Source: Prasinococcaceae sp. CCMP 1430
Lineage: Eukaryota > Plantae > Prasinodermophyta
DNA length: 37,796 nt
Assembly (NCBI GenBank): GCA_013416795.1
Contig: RQSC01000017.1
Coordinates: 1-37,796, forward strand
Direction of reading: 5' to 3'
Below, in pieces: positions 19,146-29,200 of the stretch (position 1 is the stretch's first letter; each line of letters begins with the position of its first letter). The translations under genes were made by a program, and so were the position numbers. The notes beneath the pieces are model-generated. The model worked only from the letters and a program-made list of their open reading frames with translations. It was not told the DNA's origin and did no database searches.

Positions 19146-19457
19146 TTGTGCAACCAACCGACATCTTTGATGATCTTCTTGCGGTGGAGGTCTCCTCGTG
19201 AAGACTCCAAATGCAAGTGCGATCTGGACTAAGGGCAGTGAATTGCCCTGGTTGCCACTAATGCGAACACTCCTGCCCCAGTGGCTATACACGAGTATGT
19301 CACTCGTGCCTGCTCCCGTGCACACCATATGACAGAGCGTATATGAATGACGACCGGGCGCTGCGGAACGCGCTGGCACGCGCCCGCCAGCACCGGCTCT
19401 GAGAGGCTCTGAGAGTGCAAGGTCTTGCACGTCGAAGTCGACAGTACTTATAACATA

Positions 19458-21291
19458 TTAAGGGTGCTCATCAATGTCTCCCGTCACATCGATCGAATGC
19501 CGCGCCGTCAGCGCGCGCAGCTGCTCAGAAGCGCGCGTGTACACGCGCGTCAGCCCAAGCGCTCGCACCGCGCGGCACGCTGGCACTAGCTGACGCGAGG
19601 CAGGGAGCAAACACGCGGTTGTGCCCAAAAGCGTACAGACATGCTCACGCTCGCATGCGCCTCCTCGCACCATGTCCCTCGCGCCGCTGACACGCACGCA
19701 CGCGCCGTGCTCCACTTGCGCATCGGCCTCATGCGCGTCTGCAAGCGCGATGGAGCGCTCGAAGAGCGCGCGCGCTTCCTCCCTGTCGCCGAGCCGGCCT
19801 ACGACATCCCTGCAGACCAGGTGGAAACACTCAGGGATGGGCGCATGCCCGCCAAACCAAGCGTCTGGGAAGTCACCTAGCAGGCGATACTTTGCCCACC
19901 ACCTGTCAACAGCAGGGGGGGCGCACACGGGGCACGCGCACGCGAGCGGAGGTGCGCGTCAGCGCGCAAAAAGGCCGGCTTGCGAGCGAGCGGCTCGGCG
20001 CACGCACCACTCGAAGCCACAGTCGATAAAGTGCAGCACGCATGGCGCGCCAGCGGCCACCGCAGGGTCGTACCGCAGGGCGCCGCCGGTGTCGAGCCCT
20101 GGGACGTTGTGCTGTGCGCACCGCACGCGGGCGCGGCGGTGGCGAGGGAGCGCATTGCGGATCAGCACGCTGCGTCCAACATGGGGCAGCAACATCACCG
20201 ATGATGAGGAGAGAGCATGGGCGGCACAGAGCTGGAAGAACAGCGCGCGAGTGCGCACGCACCGCTCCGCGCACAAGGTCTTCGGCGGACGGGGGCAGCC
20301 ACTCGTGCACGGACAGCGGCACCACCCCGTCCGCGAGCCGCACAGCGGCCTTGCCGTTGTCGTACCCGAGAAAGAATTGCCGATGAGGCGTGCGCGCACG
20401 CCAGTACTCAACGCGTTGCAGGCGCTTCGCATCGAGCGGTGAGCTGCCGCCAACACCAACTTGTGTACCGTACACGTCTCCGGGCGATCGCCTGAAGAGC
20501 GTCACTGCGTCGAAGAAGTCGCCGTCGCCGTCGCCGCCATTGGCGTCAGTCGCGAGCACCTCGGGTACGCCCTCCAGGTTCTTGTACACATAGGTGGTGA
20601 CCCCCGCGGCGGAGAGCGCCGCGAAGTGCGCCGCGACGGGCGAGGAGTCGCTGGAGCGCGCGCCCGCGCCGCCGTTTCTACCATTGCCGCCAACACCGAG
20701 CGCCGCGGCGTCCGCAATGTAAAAGAGCTCATCCGCGTCAATGTGCAGCAGCCAGTCGCGCCCCATGCACAGCGCGCGCTTTGCGGCGTGTGCCGCGTTG
20801 AGCTCCTGCCGCGCTTGCACCTCCTCGGCACGGCGCCCGTCAGCCTGGCAAAGGTGAGGGATTGGGAGGCGGTGACCCGGCGGTTGGTACGTGAAATCAT
20901 GCGTCACTGTCAGCAAGCCTATGACATGCATGAGGACGCCCGCGCGCCTACGCACTGGGCGGCGAATGCGTCGCACCTTCAGCTCACAATACGCCGCGAG
21001 GCGCGCATAGTTGGGCAGCGCGCGCCACTCGTGGCGTAGCTCAGCGTCGCATGGCACGACGAGCACGTCGGCAATGGTCGGTGCAGTGCTCGCCGCGCCG
21101 ACAACGGCCGCGCGCACGCCGCGCGCACGCATGCGCGCGGCGGCGTCCGCGGCCTCGCCCGGATCGTCCATGTAGCAGTGGCACTGCGCGAATCCCGCCG
21201 CGAGGTGGTACGCAGCCCAGCGCGCCAGCGAGTCCGCGCACCCCCTCGCGGTGCACACAACCGCCGCGCCCTTTCCCGCGTACCGTGTCAT
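19458..21291 (-). CDS. GT-A fold glycosyltransferase (Glyco_tranf_2_4/GT92-like), 4 exons: 21291-20977, 20844-20263, 20111-20008, 19902-19458
   Basis: WAAYHLAAGF..YMDD, RQELNA, WLLHIDADELF (DxD), FLGYDNGKAAVR, SVHEW and VLHFIDCGFEWWWAKY. Three GTGCG..AG introns, all phase-compatible. Confidence 0.75.
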
Positions 21292-21644
21292 CTCCCGCCC
21301 GCCAAGCCTCGCCGCTCGATGCGAAGGCCTCCACTCGCAGCGGAGCGAACGGGCGGGCGGGCGGGCGGGCGGGCAGGGGTGGCGGAGATGCGCAGCAACC
21401 CCGCGGCCCCGCGCGGGGGCGCGCGGAGTGGCACCGCGCCTTTTCGCCGCGCGCCGCCCGCAGCGCCGACAGTACCACCGAGGGGAACTGTCCACACCGC
21501 CATGTAAAATGATGTGAATGTACTGTACGCCCCTTTCTGAAAAGTCAGGCAAAATGATGTGGATCTGGCTCGCCCGTGGTTTGTGTTTTGATCGCTCGGG
21601 GGGCCCGCGCGCGCCACTCGGAGAAGCACGACATCTGCTGCACC

Positions 21645-22363
21645 ATGCACGCCTTGCTGACCTTGCAGCTGATCGACGAGCTCGCGAGCGCCGAGGACTC
21701 GGGCGTCCCGTGCGGGCCGCGCGCACGCGCCTCGCACGGCGGCGCACAGGCACGCGCAGCGTTCGAAAGAGAGCGACGCGCTGATAGGAGCGGGCACTGC
21801 ACGGCATGCTGCGCCGCTGCCGCGCCGCCGCTGCTCGCTCCGCTGGCATCGCTGACGCGCGCCACCTTCGCCATTGCGCGTACGTCCGCGCGATCGCCCG
21901 AGCAGTCGTCGCTGCTGCGTGCGCGCATCACGGCCTTCCTCGCTGGCTTCGGCGTTGCGGGCGGCGGGGCGATGTACCAACTGCGCAAGGACGTGTGGTC
22001 GTCACACGAGATGATAGACGCGCGGGTCAAGGCAAATGGCAAGGATGTCGACGACAAGGTTCAGGCGATGCAGAAGGAAATCGAGCAAGGTCAGTCTTTG
22101 CGCGGACATTGGCGTGCTTGCAGCTGCGCGTCCGCGCGCGCACGCACCCCAGCACGGTTGCTGCGAACCCAAAAGCACTTTTGTCGCGACCTGCTGACTC
22201 TGGGTCGCCCGCCCACACGCGCTCGCTGTGCTCCACAGTGAAAGCGATGGCAACAGCGATGGCGGCGAAGGCTTCCGAGGCTGCGAGCGAGCCGGAGGCC
22301 GCGCCTGCTTCTGAGGTTGCGCCTGAGCAGTCTCAACAGACGATAGCTGCCCTCGAGGAGTAA
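21645..22363 (+). CDS. Small single-pass membrane/coiled-coil protein of unknown function
   Basis: Core LLRARITAFLAGFGVAGGGAMYQLRKDVWSSHEMI resembles a small conserved plant/algal protein type (LRxRLASFxAG..G.Y.L.KD). The intron at 22090-22238 (G|GTCAGT..CTGAC..CCACAG|TG) joins EIEQ/VKAM. The 5' structure is uncertain (possible GC-AG intron at 21750-21905). Confidence 0.6.
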
Positions 22364-22544
22364 CGACGCTCGGGCATGGCCCAATTTTTGTGCGACTGAC
22401 GCTTTGACGCGGGCCGACTGCCTCTTCTGTCCCATCTCTACCAGCGCGCAAACAGCTGCCGTGGCTTCACGCGCCCTTGCATGTGCTCCCGTGCGACGTG
22501 CACGCGCAGGGTAACATGCCGCCGCGGCAACTCTCTTACTCGCG

Positions 22545-24506
22545 TTAGGTGTTCTCGCCTAGAGCATGGCGTACGACCGCGTGGCGCCAGATGGGCTCAC
22601 CGTACTGCGCCACAAGCCTGCGCTGCCAGGCGTCGCGGCCAGCGGGCGTGCACACGTACACCACAGCGCGCGCGCCGATTGGCAACCGCTTGTGCTGGGC
22701 CTTCAAGAGATGGCGCGTGTGCACCTGTGTGGTTGCGCGCGGCAGTTTCAGTAGACGCTTGGCCACATCGTTGGGCGCCGTCCAGCCAGTCGTCTTCTCC
22801 ACTGCCGCACAAATCTCGAACACGGGCTGAACGACCACGCCCAGTAGCGTTAGCGCCAGCCTGCGTGCTCGATTAGGCAATAGCAGTGCGCTACGATGCT
22901 TGCTTCTGCCTGGCACGGGACATTTCTCGTCGAAGAGCTCCCACGCGGAGGATGGCCCACTCGGCCCGCCCTCCAAGAGGCGCGTCAGCAATGACGTCAC
23001 CCAGAAGCAGCGCGGCACGACGCGTGCGAGGCCATCTTCCCCACCCAGCGCCTCAATAGCCCTAAGAGAAGGCGCAAGCTGCCGCAGCCGCCACTCAAAG
23101 CGGGGAGTGTGAAGCACGCGCGCGAGCGCGTAGAGCGCCTCGAGCCCAAGCGGTGGCTTGCTGCTCGCGCTCGCACGCGCCGCGGCACCATCATCTCCGT
23201 TGGTGCTCTCCCGCTGTGCATCGCTACCTCCGCTGCCGCCACTGCCACTCCCACCGCTGTTGTCGCTGACGCCACTGCTGCCTGCCCCCACGTCGCTGTG
23301 CTCGCCCACATAGCGCGGCCTGCGAGCTGCGTCCGTCTGCAGCTCGTGCCATATCTGTCCGTCCCACGTGAGCTCAAACGCGACCTCAGTGCGCGGCGCC
23401 TGCCGAGGCGCCGGGCGCGAGTAGGCATTCGCTATGCGCAAGCGCGCGAGCGTCTGCTGCACCTGCAAGATCAGGTCGCTCACCTGGCCGATGCCAAGAA
23501 CGCGCAAGAGCTGAGGGAGCGACAGGAGCGTGTACCCGGCCGCGACCGCCGCGTGCGTGAGTGACGGCAGGCCAGGAGGCACGCCCTCGGCGGCGCGCAC
23601 ATAACGCTCCGGCATGGAGCCTGTAGCAGGAAAGAGCCTCAGCGCGCGCAGCACCGCCACCAGGGGACGAAGAGTCGCGCTGCTCGCCATCGGCAGCGAG
23701 TGAGCCGAGACCAGCAAGAAAGAGACCGCGCTCGTCTTTCCACGCAGCGTCGACAGCGCCGCTCCGCCGATCGCCAGAGCGGCCGCCATCGAGCGGCCAC
23801 GCTCGCCTCCCAGCAAAATGAGCGGCGCTACGAGCGCGTCAGCCGTCAGCGTGGCCACCCCGAGGGCTGTGTACGCCAACTGCTCCTCTGGCCTGTCGGC
23901 ATGCAGGATGGTTTCGCCTGCCTCGGCCGCGGCGAGCCCGAGCCTGCGCGCGTGCCGAATCCCGCTCGTCGTCAAACCTATTCCGTGCCTGAGCGCCAGC
24001 CAGCTTGTGAGCCCTGCAAAGCTCGCCGGGCTGCCAACAATCGCTCCCGACGCCCAACGCAGGTAGCACAGCTCAACGAGGTGAGCGTCTTGCTGCGCAT
24101 TCAAGAAGGGCTCTGCGGCCACCACAAGGCTGAGGTACGTCACGCCCACGACACCTGCGGCGGACGCGGGGCCCAGGGCGCCCACACTGGCCGCGCCTGC
24201 CGCCAGGGCGGCGAGCGCGGCGACGCTCGCGATGTCGGAGTCGTAGCAGCGCATCCACAACAGCGATGGGCACTGTAGCACCAGCCGCGCGGCCTCGCGA
24301 ATGGTCAGATCCTCCCGCTCGCCCAGCACTAGGTAGCGCGCACCGCGGAGGAAGCGCCACGCAGGGCGCGCGCCGCGCCCGCCCACCAGCCCCGAGTACT
24401 GCCAGAGGAAGGACGTCGCCGCAGCACCGCCCGCGGCGAAGAGCGCCGCGTCGGCAAGCCACAGCGCCTCGGGGCACGCTGCGAGCGACGACCACGCAGC
24501 AGCCAT
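22545..24506 (-). CDS. Divergent lipase maturation factor (LMF2-like) membrane protein
   Basis: SFLWQYSGLVGGRGARPAWRFL..PSLLW matches the LMF N-terminus. LRIANAY, RTEVAFELTWDGQIWHEL, HTPRFEWRL and WVTSLLTRLLEG match LMF C-terminal blocks (LANSYG, RPEV..EGS.DG..W.E, HQPRLDWQMW, WF..L..RLL.G). ATG at 24506 in acaATGg context. A 3' intron cannot be excluded. Confidence 0.7.
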   Translation of the reverse strand: MAAAWSSLAACPEALWLADAALFAAGGAAATSFLWQYSGLVGGRGARPAWRFLRGARYLVLGEREDLTIREAARLVLQCPSLLWMRCYDSDIASVAALAALAAGAASVGALGPASAAGVVGVTYLSLVVAAEPFLNAQQDAHLVELCYLRWASGAIVGSPASFAGLTSWLALRHGIGLTTSGIRHARRLGLAAAEAGETILHADRPEEQLAYTALGVATLTADALVAPLILLGGERGRSMAAALAIGGAALSTLRGKTSAVSFLLVSAHSLPMASSATLRPLVAVLRALRLFPATGSMPERYVRAAEGVPPGLPSLTHAAVAAGYTLLSLPQLLRVLGIGQVSDLILQVQQTLARLRIANAYSRPAPRQAPRTEVAFELTWDGQIWHELQTDAARRPRYVGEHSDVGAGSSGVSDNSGGSGSGGSGGSDAQRESTNGDDGAAARASASSKPPLGLEALYALARVLHTPRFEWRLRQLAPSLRAIEALGGEDGLARVVPRCFWVTSLLTRLLEGGPSGPSSAWELFDEKCPVPGRSKHRSALLLPNRARRLALTLLGVVVQPVFEICAAVEKTTGWTAPNDVAKRLLKLPRATTQVHTRHLLKAQHKRLPIGARAVVYVCTPAGRDAWQRRLVAQYGEPIWRHAVVRHALGENT

Positions 24507-24850
24507 TGTGTGCGTGCTCGCAGGAGCGCAAGCGCCCCCCTCCTGCGAGTTGCCGCCCTCGCCGACCTCCCCTGGCCTCCCCCAGCGCCTACGCAACCCG
24601 AGCGGGGGAGAGAGGAGTGTGCGACCCCTCTCCTTCAGCGGCGGCCTTGTTCGGCCCCCCTCCTGCCTCCGCCCAGCCCGCCCCGCGCCTCTACCCCCGC
24701 GCCTGCGGCCCTGCCCGCGCCCGCCGCGCGGCGCGACGCGCGCGCGGTGTGGGCCGGCGACGGGAGGGGGGGGGGTGGCTGCGCGCTGCTGGTCGCTGAC
24801 GGGCTTTTTTTGTTGTTCGCAAGCGCGGCTTCTTCGGCGCGTGGCGCGAT

Positions 24851-24915
24851 TTTGGTGCGAGAATCCTTCTTTTCTTTCGAAAGAAAGTGGTGCGAGAGTC
24901 CTTTCGAAAGAAAAT
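24851..24915. promoter_or_regulatory. Duplicated module with a 16-bp palindrome in the LMF / J-like divergent promoter
   Basis: TTTCTTTCGAAAGAAA (24871-24886) is a perfect palindrome. The module tggtgcgaga.tcctt..tcgaaagaaa occurs twice (second CTTTCGAAAG at 24901-24910). Confidence 0.55.
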
Positions 24916-25209
24916 TTGGATGTCGATTCCGGTTTGTGACGGAGCTTTCTCCTCATCTGTTTGGGGTTTAGAACAGAGTGTACCATCATCGGATGGTTAG
25001 TGTGTGTGTGTCCGCTGCGTTGCGTCGTTGCGGGCGCGCGAGTGCGCCACACCGGCGCGGCGGCGGCCGCGTGCCCACCGCCCACACCGCCACCACCACA
25101 CATACATACACCACCAGAACCGCCCGCCGACCCCCATCCGCTGCCGCCGCGGCCGCGATGGCGAGCGCGGCGGCGGCGCGCTCCGCCGGTGCGTGGGCCT
25201 GTGGCCGAT

Positions 25210-25269
25210 CTTGTCCAGCAGGATGAAGAGGAGGTCGAAGCGAGACAGCAGCGAGTCGGGGAGCGCGAT
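25210..25269 (-). pseudogene. Isolated MCM3 gene fragment (arginine-finger segment, 20 codons)
   Basis: The minus strand reads IALPDSLLSRFDLLFILLDK, matching the MCM3 signature (I[AG]LPDSLLSRFDLLF). There are no flanking splice sites and no other MCM sequence in the window. Confidence 0.75.
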
Positions 25270-26176
25270 TGGCACGAGCGCCCCGGCGGCGGCCGTCGCT
25301 GCGGCACCCCCCGCGGCGGGGACGAGCGGGAGTGAGCTCGAGAGCGGCGAAGTCAAACCTGACAGCGGCGAGGAGAGTAGCGACAGCGGCGAGCAGAGCG
25401 AGGGCGAGGGCGGAGGAAGCGGCGAGGACAACGATGAAGACGAGGCGTGGGGTGAGCTCGAAGAGTTCTGCCTGTACTCTGCGCTCGGCCTGAGCCGCGG
25501 GTTCAGCGGTGGCTTCACGCGAGTCACCGCGCGCTACCACAAGGCGGTGGCGTCGAAGCGGCGCGGTGCGGCGCGCGTACGCCGTGCACGCGCGGGTAAC
25601 GCGATCTCTATCCTTGAGTTGCGGCGCGTCACTACGGCCTTCCTCGTGCTGCGTGATGAAGAACGCAGGCGCGTTTACGACGAAGGCGGCTGGTGCAACC
25701 TGCGGAAGGCGGAGGTGTACATGGAAGAGAACGCGTTTGACGCTGATCCGTTCGAAGTCCTCGACTCGTTCTTTGCGGCGGCCGACGAAGCGACGCGCGA
25801 ATACCTCATGCTCAACGGTGACGGGGTGCCGTCCGACTCGGAGTCGGAGGGCGGGGAGGACCAGCTGGAGGGAGAGCACGCGGAGGACGGGCAGGAAGAA
25901 AGCGAAGACGAGGCCGGCGAGGCTGTCCTCGCAGCCGCGGCGAAGGCGGCCGCTGAGGCGAGAGCTGCTGCGCAGACGGGTGCGGGCAAGGGGGTCACGA
26001 GCGGCGCTGAGGCCGATACGCTGCCGCGCGCGCCGCTCATCCTGGGCGCCGCTGCGCGCCCCGAGGCCGACCCGTGGGCGGAGTTGCAGTCGCGCGCAGC
26101 TAAACAGAAGCGGCTCGAGGAATTCCGAGAGCAAGAGCGCCTCAAGAAGCTAAAGAAGGAAGACGCTGGCCAGTAA
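25223..26176 (+). CDS. J-like (DnaJ-fold, HPD-less) acidic protein
   Basis: LYSALGLSR..RYHK..AFLVLRDEERRRVYDEGG..DPFEVLDSFF matches J-domain helices I, II, III and IV plus the DPF/DIF motif, but there is no HPD. Acidic Ser/Glu-rich flanks and a basic C-terminus. Confidence 0.7.
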   Translation: MKRRSKRDSSESGSAIGTSAPAAAVAAAPPAAGTSGSELESGEVKPDSGEESSDSGEQSEGEGGGSGEDNDEDEAWGELEEFCLYSALGLSRGFSGGFTRVTARYHKAVASKRRGAARVRRARAGNAISILELRRVTTAFLVLRDEERRRVYDEGGWCNLRKAEVYMEENAFDADPFEVLDSFFAAADEATREYLMLNGDGVPSDSESEGGEDQLEGEHAEDGQEESEDEAGEAVLAAAAKAAAEARAAAQTGAGKGVTSGAEADTLPRAPLILGAAARPEADPWAELQSRAAKQKRLEEFREQERLKKLKKEDAGQ

Positions 26177-26287
26177 GGAGTCGGGCGCTCCGTTCCCCCA
26201 CAGCAATGCCGCCAGCTGCACCATCTGCACAGCCCTGTAGGGTGCAAAATAATGACGGACGATATTATTGGCCTCCATGCCAGGCGC

Positions 26288-29200
26288 TCACAGCGCCTGT
26301 CTAATCCACTCGACGACGGTCTCGGGTGCCTCGGTGAGCAGCGCGTGGCCCACGCCTGGGACAACGTGCGCCTCCGCGTGCGGGAAGGGCGCCCCACCGT
26401 CAAAGGCACCCGCGACGCGCTCGAGCAACCTGCGGTTGGCGGCAACGTACTTGCGGTCACGCGCTCCCGCCAGTAGTGACAGGCGCACGTTGTGCGTCGC
26501 GCATGCGGCGGCCACACCGCTGGAGCAGGGCTCCATCCGCCCCACCGACATGCCCTCAAGAGCGCGCGCGAGCTGAGCCTCATTGCCGCTCAAGGCGCTG
26601 CCGCGGCGTTCCACCAGCCTCTTGACCAGCCTCCCGCCCGCGGCGTCGCGCAGTGGCGCCCAAAGTGGGCCATCGTACCAGAAAGAGAGGAACTCCTTGG
26701 CGCCGATGTGCTCAAGCTTCCGCGCGAGGCGCCCATCGGCAACGTGTCGTCGCGCGCGCTCGTCCGGGCGCCCTTCGATGCCCGCGGATGCCGATACGGC
26801 CACTAGTGAGTCAAACAGCTCCGGATGGCGCGAGACGCTAGAGAGCGCAACGCGTCCTCCCATGGAGTATCCCGCGAGCACCACCCGACGCTCGCCCTGC
26901 CTCCCCTTTGCGGCGGCGTCGGCGTTGGCGACACGCTTGACGAATTCGGCCACGGCATCGGCAACTGCCTCAATCGAGCAGAGTTCCTCGACTGGTGCTG
27001 CGGTGGTGCCCGCATCGGATCCACCGGCTTGAGTGGCGGCACCGTGCCCGGGCAGATCGACCGCGACGACGCGCGCGATAGGCGACAGCGCTGCCGCGAC
27101 CATTTGCCAGTCCCTAGCATCGCCCAGAAAGCCGTGCAGAAGCACCACGAGCGGCGCGGGCTCCGATTCAGTCCGACTCGCGCCAGGCTCCCCGTAGTCA
27201 TGCGCGACCAAAGTGTCGGCGCTCGTGCTCCCCGGAATTGGCACCTCCCAGCGCACAGCGTCCTCGTACGACACTGGTCGGAGCGGAGCACTTCGACCGG
27301 GCAACGCTCGCATGTAGGGTTCGCTCGCTGCGGCTGTGATATGCACACCCTCACCAGCGCCACCGATAGGACTCTCGAGCGTCGCCGAATCCGCATCCCA
27401 CAGGTCAGACTCGTCGAGGAACGAGCCAGTACCGAGGCCATGCGTTGTGATGCTTTCCGCGTCGACGTTGTCTGGCTCGGCCGAGTCCGTGGCGCATGCG
27501 AGCGCGGCGATGGCAGACACTCCGGCGCGGCTCTCAAATGCCGCAGAGTACACAGTGCGTGCACCAGCGGCCGCACCACCACGCGCAGCTGCGGCAGTGC
27601 TTTCAACGCTCCCGATGACCGAAGGTTTGAGCACGAGCGCAGCGGCGCCACTCGAGGCCACCAGTGCGGCGACTGCATTGGACACGCCACACGCGTCCTT
27701 CGCCCCACGGATTGCCACACACGCGCGCTCATCGAGTGCCAGCGGCGGCTGCTGCGCGCTCGCCGCGTCCGAGGCCCTCTCAGCCGGACCAATCGGCGCA
27801 ACACCATCGAACGCCATGGGGCCCATCACGTCATCCTCGCTCGAGTCGGAAGTGCTGTCCTCAAGGAGCGCACTCATGAGCGGCTGCCACGAGAGGGGCT
27901 CCTCGACGTACTCAAGAGCGCTCTCGCCGAGTCCGTCCACGAAAGACGCATACTCCTCCGTCGACCACCTCTGATTGGCGTCCACGCGCACGGCACGCGC
28001 CCCCCGCGAGGCGCCAAGAAGCGCCTGCGCAGCGCCGACCGCCGCAGCCGCAGCCTCGCCATCCCTGCGAGCATCAGCGGCGCCCACCCCACGCCCTACC
28101 TTTAGCTTGAAACGATCGTAGCCCTGCGCCACAGCCGCCTCAACAGCATTTCGCGCCTGCTCAGCCGTGCTCACAGCGGGAAGCAGAGCAGCGGTGCGCA
28201 CAGCTGCCGTTTGGCGTGGTGCCCCCCGCGGCGCGCCGGCCGGTGCCGCCATGGCAAACGCCGGTGCGACAAGCTCCGAAACGCTCAGGCCGCGCGCTTG
28301 AGCGAGCGCCGCGAGCAACGCAGTCTCGAGGCCAAACCGCACGCTCGGATAGAGCTCCTCTGGACGCACAGCGAGCTCAGCGCTCAGCCACGCGTGCAGA
28401 CTACCGTCCAGCAAGGCAACACGAGCAGGCAGGCACAGATTGCTCCCGGACCCGCGACTGCTGCACAGCGCTGCGCAGAGCGCCAGGGCCTGCGCCTGCA
28501 CAGAGTTGATGTCCTCACCGGCGGCGTGCAGTCCCTCGAGCGGCGCGATATCACCGACGCCGCTCGCGCCGCACTCGAGCTCGACCTTCAAAAGAATTCC
28601 TGTGCGCACGCCGCCCTTCGCCCCGGTGGTGAGGTTCTGCGCGGTAGGTATAACATACCGCTCGCACTCAGCCCCTGCGACCGCGAGCCCCGGAGAGGCC
28701 GTGGGTGCAAGGCCCATGCCAAATCCTCCTGCGAGCATAGTCGAAGCAGCACCTGTGGCGAGGGCTGCGCCAGGCAACCCGAGCGCAATCGCGCCGCCGC
28801 GCACCGCCGCACGTACGGCACTCTGGAGCTCCGCGTGCAGCAAACGATTGGCTTCCCCGTCGACGACCACCTCCACCACACCGTGTCGCTTGCGCCTCCG
28901 CAGGTCGACCAGTGCGCGAGAGAGGTCGGCGCGTGTGGTCGCCACCGAGTGTAGCACGCGCATGCCGGCGCAAATTTCGCCGATTGCCGTGTCAGGGGGC
29001 GTACGGAAGAGCTGCGTGAGTTCTCCCTCGCTGACTGTGCTAGACACGGGCAAGAAATCGAAGATGCGGCCTCCCCCGTTGTTGATGACGACCACCGCAA
29101 CCGGAGGTAGGTTGGGACGTTCCCGCAACATCGACAAGCCGTTTGTGTCGTGCATGAAGCTCACATCGCCTATGACCAGCGTCGTCGGCAGGCCAGTGCC

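Noticed and set aside
21505-21565. Box C/D snoRNA (ATGATG...CTGA)
   Set aside because: The C box is imperfect (ATGATGT), the spacing to CTGA is very short and there is no terminal stem. It fits a promoter repeat better.
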